Assembly (NCBI GenBank): GCA_001785865.1
Contig: MFUZ01000006.1
Span: 176,880-240,879, forward strand
Length of the DNA: 64,000 nucleotides
Direction of reading: 5' to 3'
From: Candidatus Nomurabacteria bacterium RIFCSPLOWO2_01_FULL_41_18
Lineage (GTDB): Bacteria; Patescibacteriota; Minisyncoccia; Phycocordibacterales; UBA9973
Part shown: piece after piece, positions 40,212 to 49,250 of the stretch
Position numbering within the stretch: position 1 is the first letter of the stretch
Layout: every line of letters begins with the position of its first letter
Notes under the pieces: generated by a model
What the model was told of the DNA's origin: nothing
The model's database searches: none
Seen by the model: the letters and a program-made list of their open reading frames with translations, nothing else
Program-made: the position numbers and the translations under genes

Positions 40212-40511
40212 ATGAAACAAAATGAAAAAGAAGTTACTGTTGTCGCAGACTGCACGAGTTGCGACGGCACTGGACTCTTTGGGTTTCGAGACAAACTCGG
40301 AGTTACCTGTTGGGATTGTGAAGGCAGTGGAAAAATGTCCATAACTTACACACCCTTCATCGAGCGAAAATTACGCCACGAGTGGCAAATCACAGAGGTA
40401 TGCCAAAGAAGTTCCCTCAGTATGAGATTGGGAACACCCATCAGCTACAAGGAGTTCCTGGAGGGTAAGTTCCCTGAGACACCTATCGAACCAGAAATAC
40501 CCAAAGATTAG
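40212..40511 (+). CDS. Small protein with two DnaJ-type CxxCxGxG zinc-finger motifs
   Basis: CTSCDGTG and CWDCEGSG. It has its own TTGACA promoter (40149-40178) and terminator module B. Confidence 0.5.
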   Translation: MKQNEKEVTVVADCTSCDGTGLFGFRDKLGVTCWDCEGSGKMSITYTPFIERKLRHEWQITEVCQRSSLSMRLGTPISYKEFLEGKFPETPIEPEIPKD

Positions 40512-40524
40512 TGTGCGTAATTGC

Positions 40525-40580
40525 CGCTTGTAGGAAGCCGAGCTTCCACAGGCGGCTTCTTATTTTTATTTAAAATGCTA
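40525..40580 (+). terminator. Repeated terminator module (copy B)
   Basis: gccgcttgtaggaagccgagcttccacaggcggcttcttatttttatttaaa. Confidence 0.65.
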
Positions 40581-40590
40581 AAATACTCTT

Positions 40591-41640
40591 ATGCAAATTC
40601 TTTGGATAATATTAGCTTTAGTTGCAGGAGTAACAATTGCCTATTTTGCTTTTGGGCGTAGAAAAGAAGAAAAGAAAGATGATAGTTTGGGGTTAAATTT
40701 AATACTCACTCAAATAAACGAACTTTCCAGAACTGTAGACAATAAAATCGGAGAATCGCATAAACAAGTCAACGAAAGTTTGAAATTCCATTCTAGCGAA
40801 TCAAATAAAATTATTAGAGATGTTACAGAAAGATTGACCAGATTGGACGAGACAAATAAACAAGTCATTTCTTTTGCAGACCAATTGCAAAGTTTGGAAA
40901 ATATTTTAAAGAATCCGAAACAACGCGGAATTCTCGGTGAATATTATTTAGAAACAGTTTTAAAAAATGTCCTTCCTCCCGGTAGCTACCAAATGCAATA
41001 CGAATTTGAAGATAAAACTATTGTGGACGCTGTAGTTTTCGTAAAAGATAAAATTATTCCCATAGACTCAAAATTCTCTCTGGAAAATTATAATAAAATG
41101 GTGGAAGAAAGGGATGCCGTAGAAAAGAAAAGACTAGAAGCAATCTTTGTGGGAGACTTAAAAAATAGAATCACTGAAACTGCAAAATATATTCAGCCAA
41201 CAAAAGGCACTACTGATTTTGCTTTTATGTTTATCCCCCACGAAGCTATTTATTATGATTTGCTCACAAATAAAGTGGGCGCGTTGGCATCGGAAGAAAA
41301 TGAGAACTTGATCCAACGCGCGGCAGGAAAATATAAAGTCATCATCACCTCCCCCACTTCATTCCTCGCATATTTGCAAACTGTCTTGCAAGGATTGAAG
41401 GCACTCAAAATAGAAGAATCCGCGAAAGAAATAATTAAAAAAGTGGAAGATTTGGGAAAACATTTAAAATCTTACGACGAATATCATAATAAACTCGGGA
41501 ATGCGCTCGGCACTGTGGTGAACCATTACAATGCTTCCAATAAGGAATTGAAGAAAATAGACAAGGATGTGCTCCGGATTGCTGGATCATCGCCGGAATT
41601 GGCATTATTAGAAGTCGAAAAACCCCGCCCGAACGACTGA
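40591..41640 (+). CDS. rmuC: DNA recombination protein RmuC
   Basis: N-terminal TM helix, a long coiled coil, and a C-terminal RmuC nuclease-like domain. It ends in TGA. Confidence 0.8.
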   Translation: MQILWIILALVAGVTIAYFAFGRRKEEKKDDSLGLNLILTQINELSRTVDNKIGESHKQVNESLKFHSSESNKIIRDVTERLTRLDETNKQVISFADQLQSLENILKNPKQRGILGEYYLETVLKNVLPPGSYQMQYEFEDKTIVDAVVFVKDKIIPIDSKFSLENYNKMVEERDAVEKKRLEAIFVGDLKNRITETAKYIQPTKGTTDFAFMFIPHEAIYYDLLTNKVGALASEENENLIQRAAGKYKVIITSPTSFLAYLQTVLQGLKALKIEESAKEIIKKVEDLGKHLKSYDEYHNKLGNALGTVVNHYNASNKELKKIDKDVLRIAGSSPELALLEVEKPRPND

Positions 41641-41687
41641 TCGTTCAGTCGGGCAGGCGAAATTAGAAGAATAATTAATAAATCAAG

Positions 41688-41906
41688 ATGTTTAAAAATT
41701 TTTTATTAAAAAAGATGTTGCGAACCCAAGGCGTGCCAGAAGCTCAGATCGACATGTTCATTAATATGATGGAAAAGAATCCTGAGCTTTTCAAAAAAAT
41801 TGCGGAGGAAGTAAAAGTAAAGATGGATCAGGGCGTAGATCAACAGACTGCGTCTCTCACTGTCATGAAAAAATACGAGCAGGAACTGAAAAAATTGGCG
41901 CAATGA
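41688..41906 (+). CDS. Hypothetical small protein
   Basis: 72-aa ORF that overlaps the msrB start by 4 nt. Confidence 0.4.
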   Translation: MFKNFLLKKMLRTQGVPEAQIDMFINMMEKNPELFKKIAEEVKVKMDQGVDQQTASLTVMKKYEQELKKLAQ

Positions 41907-42259
41907 ATAATTTAACTCCGGAAGAAAAAAGAGTAATAATCGACAAAGGCACGGAAGCGCCATTTGTGGGTGAATATGTGAACAATAAAGAAACTGGTGT
42001 GTATGTCTGCCGACAATGCGGATCCCCTCTTTATAATTCCAAAGATAAATTTGAATCTACTTGTGGCTGGCCAAGCTTTGATGATGAAATAAAAGGCGCA
42101 GTTAAAAAAAGCGTAGATGCTGACGAAATGCGAACAGAAATAACTTGCGCAAAATGCGGTGGGCATCTCGGACATGTCTTTACTGGAGAACACCTGACCG
42201 ACAAAAACGTCCGCCATTGCGTGAACTCGATCTCGATGAAATTTATTCCCGGAAAGTAG
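41903..42259 (+). CDS. msrB: Peptide methionine sulfoxide reductase MsrB
   Basis: Two CxxC pairs ([20 protein letters not shown]) and the catalytic RHCVNS. Confidence 0.9.
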   Translation: MNNLTPEEKRVIIDKGTEAPFVGEYVNNKETGVYVCRQCGSPLYNSKDKFESTCGWPSFDDEIKGAVKKSVDADEMRTEITCAKCGGHLGHVFTGEHLTDKNVRHCVNSISMKFIPGK

Positions 42260-42277
42260 TTAATTATTTAAAACGCC

Positions 42278-42769
42278 ATGACCAAAAAAATAGTATTAGC
42301 AGGAGGATGTTTTTGGGGACTCCAGGATTTGATCCGGAAACAGACGGGTGTGATACAGACGCGCGTAGGCTATACCGGCGGCAAAATCATCAATCCTACC
42401 TACACAAACCATGAAGGCCATGCGGAGGCTGTGGAAATAGAATATGACACAGAAAAAACTTCTTACAAAAATCTGCTGGATTTTTTCTTTCAAATCCACA
42501 ATCCTACAACATTGAACCAGCAAGGCAACGACCGAGGCACTTCTTACCGTTCAGCTATTTTTTATGGTAGCGATGAAGAGAAAAAGGAAGCCCAGAATTT
42601 CATAGACATCGTGAATAAGTCAAAAAGATGGAAAGACCCCGTCGTCACCACCCTTGAGCCTTTGGATAAATTTTATCTTGCCGAAGATTATCACCAAGAT
42701 TATCTAGAAAAGAATCCGGGTGGCTACACCTGCCACGCTATTTATTTTGATAGCTATTTGAAACCATAA
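42278..42769 (+). CDS. msrA: Peptide methionine sulfoxide reductase MsrA
   Basis: GCFWG active-site motif. Confidence 0.9.
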   Translation: MTKKIVLAGGCFWGLQDLIRKQTGVIQTRVGYTGGKIINPTYTNHEGHAEAVEIEYDTEKTSYKNLLDFFFQIHNPTTLNQQGNDRGTSYRSAIFYGSDEEKKEAQNFIDIVNKSKRWKDPVVTTLEPLDKFYLAEDYHQDYLEKNPGGYTCHAIYFDSYLKP

Positions 42770-42853
42770 ATTCCCTATTCGCCTATTCGCGCGAATTAGA
42801 GAATAGAAAAGCTGGGCTGTGATTATACGTATATGAATACGTATAAAGTCGTG

Positions 42854-42925
42854 TGACCCTACGCGGAATCGGACCGCGATTTAAGCCTTGAGAAGGCCTT
42901 GTCCTAACCGTTAGACGATAGGGCC
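42854..42925 (-). tRNA. tRNA-Glu (anticodon CUC)
   Basis: rc = GGCCCTATCGTCTAACGGTTAGGACAAGGCCTTCTCAAGGCTTAAATCGCGGTCCGATTCCGCGTAGGGTCA. It folds as a cloverleaf. Confidence 0.8.
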
Positions 42926-43000
42926 GTAGCAAAAATATAACATTTTTAATAAAAAATTGAAAATTATCTCATCTGATATAGAATTTGTTATAATAATCTT

Positions 43001-43252
43001 ATGATCAAGAACAAGATAGCCACTGGCACAGTACACAAAGTACCAGCGGATTTGAGAAAGGCCGTTACTTCTGACAAAACGGTGCTAAAAACTTGGGAAG
43101 ACATCACTCCGCTCGCGCGCAACGAATGGATCTGCTGGGTTACATCTGGCAAAAAAGTAGAAACCAGAAATATCCGTATCAAAAAGGCACTCTCAAAGCT
43201 AAAAGGCGGAATACGTCGGCCTTGCTGTTGGGCTGGTTGTATTCATCGTTAA
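43001..43252 (+). CDS. YdeI/OmpD-associated (OmdA)-like small protein
   Basis: TPLARNEWICWVTSGKKVETRNIRI resembles the OmdA-family core. Tentative. Confidence 0.4.
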   Translation: MIKNKIATGTVHKVPADLRKAVTSDKTVLKTWEDITPLARNEWICWVTSGKKVETRNIRIKKALSKLKGGIRRPCCWAGCIHR

Positions 43253-43286
43253 AACCCCCTAAAACCCTGTAAAATCGATCAATCCC

Positions 43287-43321
43287 ATCAAAATCAGCTC
43301 GATTTTGATGGGATTCGCCCA
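43287..43321 (+). terminator. Perfect 15-bp hairpin AATCCCATCAAAATC-agctc-GATTTTGATGGGATT
   Basis: It is the first of several perfect hairpins in a 300-nt non-coding stretch. Confidence 0.45.
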
Positions 43322-43564
43322 AAAACAACAAAACCCACGTCCGGATAGTCGAACGTGGGTGTAAACGATTTACACAGACAAAAAAAGTGAAGCTGGGTTG
43401 CAACCTCTGGCTGTTGGTTGCAGAATGCTGAATTTCCCGTGGAGGAAAAGCCTTCCAGCAGAGCAGAAGATCCAACAACTGATCATCGGTGAAGAACAAC
43501 CCAACTTCGATAAATTTATATCACAACAAAAACAAAAAGCAAATTTGTGTTATAATATGAGTCT

Positions 43565-43879
43565 ATGATCAAATATTTAATCATTTTAGGCCTTATACTT
43601 CTCGCTTGGTGTCCGTGGCTGACAGCAGAAGAAGCCTCAAATATTATTGATAACAGAGTCGCAGAAATGCAGGAAGCGAACCCGGATCTTTGCGCTATGG
43701 AAATAAACAAGGACTCGATCCGCAAAGTACCGTTTGGCTATACGGAAGAAGTTTCTTACGACTGTTCGGTCTCTGATCCTATCTACGGAGTCTTCCAATC
43801 GACAGAAATAGTGTTTATAACATTCTATAAAGGACTGATCGGCATGCCAAACCGAAAAGTTTTACAGAATTTTGATTAA
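43565..43879 (+). CDS. Small secreted hypothetical protein
   Basis: Signal peptide MIKYLIILGLILLAWCPWLTAEE. An extended -10 TGtTATAAT ends 8 nt before the ATG (leaderless-type). Confidence 0.45.
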   Translation: MIKYLIILGLILLAWCPWLTAEEASNIIDNRVAEMQEANPDLCAMEINKDSIRKVPFGYTEEVSYDCSVSDPIYGVFQSTEIVFITFYKGLIGMPNRKVLQNFD

Positions 43880-43901
43880 GACTGGATTTAATTATAAGTA
43901 G

Positions 43902-44144
43902 ATGCAAAAAAATATTAAAAAGGCTGCCATACTCACCGCTGGAATCGTCTTCCTCACACTCGGATTACTCGGCTTGGTGTTGCCCTTTCTGCAAGGAATT
44001 CTTTTTTTGGCTATCGGGCTCATTCTGGTCTCGTTCAGCTCACCAAAGATCCGTCTGTGGATAAATAAACACACGGCAAAATACCCTCACTTGTCTTCGG
44101 TAATAGGAAAAGTTGAGACCTGGATCACTAAATTTATCGGATAA
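43902..44144 (+). CDS. DUF454/YbaN-like inner-membrane protein
   Basis: GLLGLVLPFLQGILFLAIGLILVSFSSPK pattern. Confidence 0.5.
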   Translation: MQKNIKKAAILTAGIVFLTLGLLGLVLPFLQGILFLAIGLILVSFSSPKIRLWINKHTAKYPHLSSVIGKVETWITKFIG

Positions 44145-44147
44145 GAA

Positions 44148-45449
44148 TTATTTTTTACCGAGCCAGGCATCGTCTTGACGCACTAGGATTTTATTTTTGT
44201 TTTCCTTATCGAGAATTATAGCTTCCACCACCCGCTCGAGGCGCATTTTTTGAGAACCTTTCACTAAGATGAAATCGTTCTTTTTTACAAATGTTTTCAT
44301 AAATTCGCCTGCATCCGCCGCATCTTTGAATTCAAGAATGTTATTCGGATCCATTCCTGCATCTATGGCGCCGGACTTGATAGCTTGCGCCCGCTGTCCC
44401 ACTACGATCAATATATCGCAGTTGTCCTTGGCTAGCCTGCCCACTTTTTCATGCGCTTCTACTGTATGTTTCCCGAGTTCGAGCATGTCTCCGAGCACTG
44501 CGATCTTCCTGTTCTTCGCTCTCACTTCTCCCAGGGTCTTCACCGCTCCCTCACAGGCAAAAGGAGAAGAATTGTAGGTATCATCGATGATCATCGAGTC
44601 GTTTATGCCCTTTAGTAGGCGCATGCGTCCCGGTGGTGCATCGTATTTCTGAAGAGCGTCGATGGCATTGATGACGTTCAGCTTGAGCCCGAAAGCGAGA
44701 GCAATTGAAGCGAGCGAGGCGTATTTGTGATTTTTACCGAATGCTCCGCCGATCACTACCGGCAGACTATTGCCTCCTTTTTCATCCTCTACTCTGAAAA
44801 TTATTCCTTCCGGATCCTCCGAAGCATTGTACAAAATACTCTCCTGAGTTCCCAATACGTCGGCGCCTGGCTTGAATCCAAAAGTAGTCACCAAGCTTTT
44901 AGTTTTGCTCCTCATTTCTGAGACATCTTCGTCGTCGTAATTCAATATCAAGAGGCCGTCTTTTTTTAAAGTTTTAATGAGCTTGGTCTTTTCTTCTATC
45001 AAGCTTTTGCGAGAGGTAAAAAATTCAATATGAGCGGGAGTTTCTCCGATCGTAGTAATGATCACCACGTCGGTCTTGAGCCATAGTGCGGTCTTCTGCA
45101 TATCCCCTTCTTTCCCCACCCCCACTTCGAGAACCAACCATTTCGGATATTTATGAGGGAATAAAAATAGAGACAATCCTTTTAAAATATTCGAAAACCA
45201 AATCCAGGGATTGTTCCAGCCGTTCGGAATGCCTAAAATAGTAAGCGGCAGACCGATTTCGCTATTGTAACTTTTCTCGCTCTTCCTCACATGGGAGACT
45301 CCGGAGAGGACAGCATACACCGCATCCTTGGTGGAAGTTTTTCCGACACTGCCGGTAATGGCAATGATCTTCGGCTTGTACTTGGCGAGTACCAGTCGGG
45401 ATTCCATCTGCAATATGTAGGCTATAATTTTTCTAAATGTTGTTTTCAC
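44148..45449 (-). CDS. murF: Mur ligase, MurF-like (UDP-MurNAc-peptide D-Ala-D-Ala adding enzyme)
   Basis: ITGSVGKTSTKD P-loop, a Mur ligase central domain, and a C-terminal domain. It is the last gene of the dcw cluster. MurE is not excluded. Confidence 0.65.
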   Translation of the reverse strand: MKTTFRKIIAYILQMESRLVLAKYKPKIIAITGSVGKTSTKDAVYAVLSGVSHVRKSEKSYNSEIGLPLTILGIPNGWNNPWIWFSNILKGLSLFLFPHKYPKWLVLEVGVGKEGDMQKTALWLKTDVVIITTIGETPAHIEFFTSRKSLIEEKTKLIKTLKKDGLLILNYDDEDVSEMRSKTKSLVTTFGFKPGADVLGTQESILYNASEDPEGIIFRVEDEKGGNSLPVVIGGAFGKNHKYASLASIALAFGLKLNVINAIDALQKYDAPPGRMRLLKGINDSMIIDDTYNSSPFACEGAVKTLGEVRAKNRKIAVLGDMLELGKHTVEAHEKVGRLAKDNCDILIVVGQRAQAIKSGAIDAGMDPNNILEFKDAADAGEFMKTFVKKNDFILVKGSQKMRLERVVEAIILDKENKNKILVRQDDAWLGKK

Positions 45450-45455
45450 GTTTGA

Positions 45456-47216
45456 TTATGAACGGTCCGGCGGAACATCGTAATAATTTAATAAAAATTC
45501 TGTGATATCTACAAAGGGGTTTCCCCAGGTAGTTGCGGCATAGGACACGCCTTTCGGATTTACGGCATAAAGGAAAACAATAAACTTCGGCTCATAAGCC
45601 GGAAAATAACCGACAAATGAATGAATGTGCACGTCCTTATAATAGCCTCCAGTGGTATGGTCCGCAACTTGCGCCGTGCCTGTTTTTATCGCCACACTAA
45701 AATTATCTATTTTCCCTTGTCCGCTCTTCATCGTCTTATCCATGACACCGACCAGCATCCTGGTTATCTCTTCGGAAGTTTCCTCGCTTATTTTCGTGCG
45801 CGTGGTCGGGTAAGTGAGTTTCTTGGAACCGCCAGTCATGTATCTGATCTCTTTGATGACATGAGGCACCACTAGATTCCCGCCATTTGCGAGCGAAGCT
45901 AGAGCTCGGGTCATCTCGATCGGAGTGAGAGCTATTCCTTGGCCGAAAGCAGCGTTGGCATATTCTATTTCTCGAATATTTTTCAAATTGCTGGTAATAT
46001 TTTTCATCAAGCCACTGGTTTCATTTGGCAGGTCAATGCCAGTTTTTTCATCTAATCCATAGGAGAGCAAGTAGTCGTGCATATTTTGTTTACCCAATTT
46101 GCGAAAAACATAAACCATTCCTGTGTTCAATGATTGATTCAAAACTTCTTGCATGCTTGTACCAGGGCCACGACCTTTTTTGTCAAAATTAGTAATAGGT
46201 TTATTAGTATCTACCATCACCGAACCCTTGTCGTCATAAGTAGTGTTTGCGTTTAATACTCCCGCATCGATCGCCCCCGCCATAACGAGAGGCTTTACCA
46301 CCGATCCGAACTCCATCACGTTTTCTACCAGAGGGTTGGAAAACACAGAGATCTTGTTTTTAGAAAAATCATTCGGATTAAAGTCCGGTTTGGCTCCTAG
46401 CGCATAGATCGATCCGTCCATCGGATCCATAATTATCCCGCCGATAGAATCCACTTTATATCTTTCTTGCACCTCGGTTAATTTCTTTTCCAAAAAACTC
46501 TGCACTTCTGGTTCGATAGTGGTGACCACGTCTCCGCCTCTGTCCGACTGTCTGAATGGGCTGATGTTTGAAAAGACCTCTGCAAAGAAATTCACATACG
46601 GCTTGTCATTATTGTGAGCGAGGACTTCTTCATACTGTCTCTCGAGTCCATAACGCCCGCCCAAATCATTTCCCTTGTAACCGACAAAGCCGAGGGTGTG
46701 GGAAGCGAGCAAACCCCCGGGGTAAAAACGCCATTTCTCCTTGAAGACACTGACACCCGAAATTTTCAGAGCCGTCACCGCATCGGCTTTATCCTTGGAA
46801 AGGCGGTACGCGACTTCTTCGTAAGGATCGCCGACTTTGGATGCCTTCGCGATGAAATCTTCCTGGTCGAGAACTATTATTTTTGACAATTTCAGATAGG
46901 CGGCCTCTTTGTCAGTTATTTTGCTAGGATTGATTGTGACCTTGAATCCGGTGACTTGAGTGGCAGCTGCAATCAGATGCCCTTCTTTGCCATCCCGGCT
47001 TCTGTTTTGAAAGAAAATAGTTCCACGCTCATAAATATTACTTCCGGGCGTGACATACTGACGGTCGGCAGAAGCCGAGTACGTTTCCCCGTGCACCACC
47101 TGCACCATAAATAGCCTCGCGCTCAAGACCAGACTAAAAGCTACGATGAATAAAAGCGTAACTCTTGATCTATTGATGAAACTAAAGGTCATTTTGGACA
47201 ATTTTTGCTCTATCAA
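45456..47216 (-). CDS. ftsI: Penicillin-binding protein (FtsI/PBP2-type transpeptidase)
   Basis: TM anchor, a dimerisation domain, and transpeptidase motifs SVVKP, SNT and KTGTA. Confidence 0.85.
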   Translation of the reverse strand: MIEQKLSKMTFSFINRSRVTLLFIVAFSLVLSARLFMVQVVHGETYSASADRQYVTPGSNIYERGTIFFQNRSRDGKEGHLIAAATQVTGFKVTINPSKITDKEAAYLKLSKIIVLDQEDFIAKASKVGDPYEEVAYRLSKDKADAVTALKISGVSVFKEKWRFYPGGLLASHTLGFVGYKGNDLGGRYGLERQYEEVLAHNNDKPYVNFFAEVFSNISPFRQSDRGGDVVTTIEPEVQSFLEKKLTEVQERYKVDSIGGIIMDPMDGSIYALGAKPDFNPNDFSKNKISVFSNPLVENVMEFGSVVKPLVMAGAIDAGVLNANTTYDDKGSVMVDTNKPITNFDKKGRGPGTSMQEVLNQSLNTGMVYVFRKLGKQNMHDYLLSYGLDEKTGIDLPNETSGLMKNITSNLKNIREIEYANAAFGQGIALTPIEMTRALASLANGGNLVVPHVIKEIRYMTGGSKKLTYPTTRTKISEETSEEITRMLVGVMDKTMKSGQGKIDNFSVAIKTGTAQVADHTTGGYYKDVHIHSFVGYFPAYEPKFIVFLYAVNPKGVSYAATTWGNPFVDITEFLLNYYDVPPDRS

Positions 47217-47559
47217 AAGACTCGCCCGGAGAAAGCAGGCCGAGAGTCTTGCGAGTTGCGAATGTCGCTTGAGTATTTTTGAATCCTAAAGAATACGAAA
47301 GGGTCAGATCGACTTTGTTCGACATGGATAGATAGGTGACTTCCAGATCTCGGACTTCATTGACAAGAGTGCGGGCGCTCGACTCCAAGCTTTGTCGTTC
47401 TACGATATTTTTGACCATATTGCCTAGGAGCAATACATATACCAAAGTAAGGAATCCGAGGGACCAAAAAATAAAACTGAACAAGGAGCGTTCAAAATTA
47501 TTGGTAACAATATTCAAACTCTTCACATGCATATATAATTTTGAACTGAGCTGCAACAT
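47182..47559 (-). CDS. ftsL: FtsL/DivIC-like cell division protein
   Basis: Short cytoplasmic tail, a single TM, and a periplasmic coiled coil. It lies between rsmH and ftsI. Confidence 0.5.
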   Translation of the reverse strand: MLQLSSKLYMHVKSLNIVTNNFERSLFSFIFWSLGFLTLVYVLLLGNMVKNIVERQSLESSARTLVNEVRDLEVTYLSMSNKVDLTLSYSLGFKNTQATFATRKTLGLLSPGESFDRAKIVQNDL

Positions 47560-47562
47560 ATT

Positions 47563-48495
47563 TTATTTTTTTTCTAAGATCCTTAATTTTGCGCTTCTGG
47601 ATCTCGGATTATTTTTAATTTCACTTTCCCCTGCTAATATTACTTTTTTGTTGATCAATTCTCCTTCTCCTTTCGCAACTTTCTCTTTATAAAATCTCTT
47701 AACTATCCTGTCTTCCAGACTATGAAAAGATATGACCGACATTCTTCCTCCATTTTTCAAAAATTGAAACCCTTTCTCCAACCCTTCCGCGAGCGCTCCC
47801 AGTTCATCGTTGACCGCTATCCTGATCGCTTGGAAAGTCTTGGTAGCAAAATGAATTCGTCTCTTATTCCCCTTGCGAAACTTTGCCGGAATAGCTTGCT
47901 CTATAATCTTTACTAAATCAAAAGTGGTTTTAATCTCCTGCTTCTTTCTAAACTCCACTATTTCCTTAGCGATTCTCCGAGCTTGCTTTTCCTCGCCGTA
48001 GCCGTAGATTATATCGGCTAGGCTTTCTTCTTCCCAAGTATTTACCACATCCTGGGCTGTAATATCTTCTGAAGAAGGATTTTCTTTCATGGTCATGAGT
48101 AGCGGCTCATCGATCAAAAAAGAAAATCCTCGTCCAGATCCACCGGCTAGCGGACTCAACTGATCCGAACTCAAACCTAAATCAAAAATAATACCGTCAA
48201 CTTTTTCTATCCCCTCTTTTTCCAAAACTTTATCTACATTTCTGAAATTGTCGTTAATAAAAGTAAAATCACAATTTAATTCTTTGAATTTACTTTCAAC
48301 TCTCTCTAAAGTGCTTTTGTCTTGGTCAAGAGCTAGTATTTTCACGCTCGGATATCTTCGGCAAATCTCGGAGCTGTGTCCTCCGCCCCCGAACGTCGCA
48401 TCCACAATCACCAATTTCTCATTCCCCACCTTGTGCGGAGCAAGCAAACCATCTATAGCTTCATTTAAAAGAACTGTCTTGTGTATACTCGTCAT
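47563..48495 (-). CDS. rsmH: 16S rRNA m4C1402 methyltransferase RsmH (MraW)
   Basis: DATFGGGGHS SAM motif, and DLGLSS. Confidence 0.9.
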   Translation of the reverse strand: MTSIHKTVLLNEAIDGLLAPHKVGNEKLVIVDATFGGGGHSSEICRRYPSVKILALDQDKSTLERVESKFKELNCDFTFINDNFRNVDKVLEKEGIEKVDGIIFDLGLSSDQLSPLAGGSGRGFSFLIDEPLLMTMKENPSSEDITAQDVVNTWEEESLADIIYGYGEEKQARRIAKEIVEFRKKQEIKTTFDLVKIIEQAIPAKFRKGNKRRIHFATKTFQAIRIAVNDELGALAEGLEKGFQFLKNGGRMSVISFHSLEDRIVKRFYKEKVAKGEGELINKKVILAGESEIKNNPRSRSAKLRILEKK

Positions 48496-48935
48496 TTTTG
48501 TCCGTTTCCGAGCGCTTCCGCTAATTGTTCCGCCTGCTTCTCGACAACTGCTTTATTTTCCGCCCAAACCTTGTCGTTCCAAACCTCCACTCTGTCCCTC
48601 ACGCCGACGATTGCCGCAGAACTGGAGAGCCCAATCCTTGCCTTCAGGAAATCCGGAATGAGAATCCTGCCGATCGAATCTATCTCCACTTCCGCCGCAC
48701 GTCCGAACATGTAGCGGTTGAAATTTCTCTGGTCAGCTTTCAGGAAAGACAGATCTGAATCCGAGTCAGAAAGTTTCTTGCTAACTTTTTCCCATTCTTT
48801 AGCTGTAAAAATGAACAAGCAAGCGCCCAACCCCGGTGTGATGATAATTTTTTTCCCAAGCTCCTTGCGGAACTTTGCCGGCATGGAAACCCTGTTTTTG
48901 TCATCTATTGTGTGTATGTATTCGCCGATCAACAT
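48492..48935 (-). CDS. mraZ: Transcriptional regulator MraZ
   Basis: Two SpoVT/AbrB-like halves with DxxxR motifs (DDKNRVSMPAKFR, DSIGRILIPDFL). Confidence 0.9.
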   Translation of the reverse strand: MLIGEYIHTIDDKNRVSMPAKFRKELGKKIIITPGLGACLFIFTAKEWEKVSKKLSDSDSDLSFLKADQRNFNRYMFGRAAEVEIDSIGRILIPDFLKARIGLSSSAAIVGVRDRVEVWNDKVWAENKAVVEKQAEQLAEALGNGQK

Positions 48936-48956
48936 AAATTTTGTAAAAATTATTAT

Positions 48957-48996
48957 TTCCCACTTCTTCCCACTTGATATACATTGTAAACCACTA
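48957..48996 (-). promoter_or_regulatory. MraZ box: direct GTGGG repeats (10-bp spacing) upstream of mraZ
   Basis: Minus-sense AGTGG-N21-AGTGGGaagaaGTGGGaaa. MraZ is known to bind GTGGG direct repeats upstream of its own promoter. Confidence 0.55.
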
Positions 48997-49042
48997 ACAA
49001 AATAACGCCAAGCCCCACCTGTGGATAACTTTTAGTGTCGCT

Positions 49043-49071
49043 GTTGACTTCTGTTGATTTAGGTTTTATAA
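49043..49071 (+). promoter_or_regulatory. Perfect sigma70 consensus promoter TTGACT-N17-TATAAT (plus strand, divergent from mraZ)
   Basis: ttgact-tctgttgatttaggttt-tataat. Confidence 0.6.
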
Positions 49072-49077
49072 TTAGAA

Positions 49078-49142
49078 TGTTTGGTTCCCCGAGGGGGGTC
49101 GTACCTGCGTGCATTTCAGGCCGACCTCCCTCACTTTTCTTG
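49078..49142 (+). ncRNA. Candidate ~65-nt small RNA: consensus promoter followed directly by an 11-bp GC hairpin and a U-run
   Basis: GAGGGGGGTCG-loop20-CGACCTCCCTC then ACTTTTCTT. There is no ORF downstream on the plus strand. Confidence 0.35.
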
Positions 49143-49250
49143 AAAAAAATACAAGAAAAAGGTGTCTAAAAAACGCCCATATCAAAATGATGTCCCGAGA
49201 ATCCCTGTGGTTCACGGGCATTTTCTATTTTTGGATAATTTTTACTCTTT

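Noticed and set aside
39372-40580. CRISPR array interpretation of the repeated ~55-nt modules
   Set aside because: There are only two copies, about 1.1 kb apart. Each is a canonical stem-loop plus U-tract placed right after a stop codon, so they are terminators, not repeat-spacer units.
43179-43499. 106-aa minus-strand ORF
   Set aside because: It lies entirely within a hairpin-dense non-coding region. Its codon usage and GC3 are unlike neighbouring genes. It is likely an artefact of GC-richer structured DNA.
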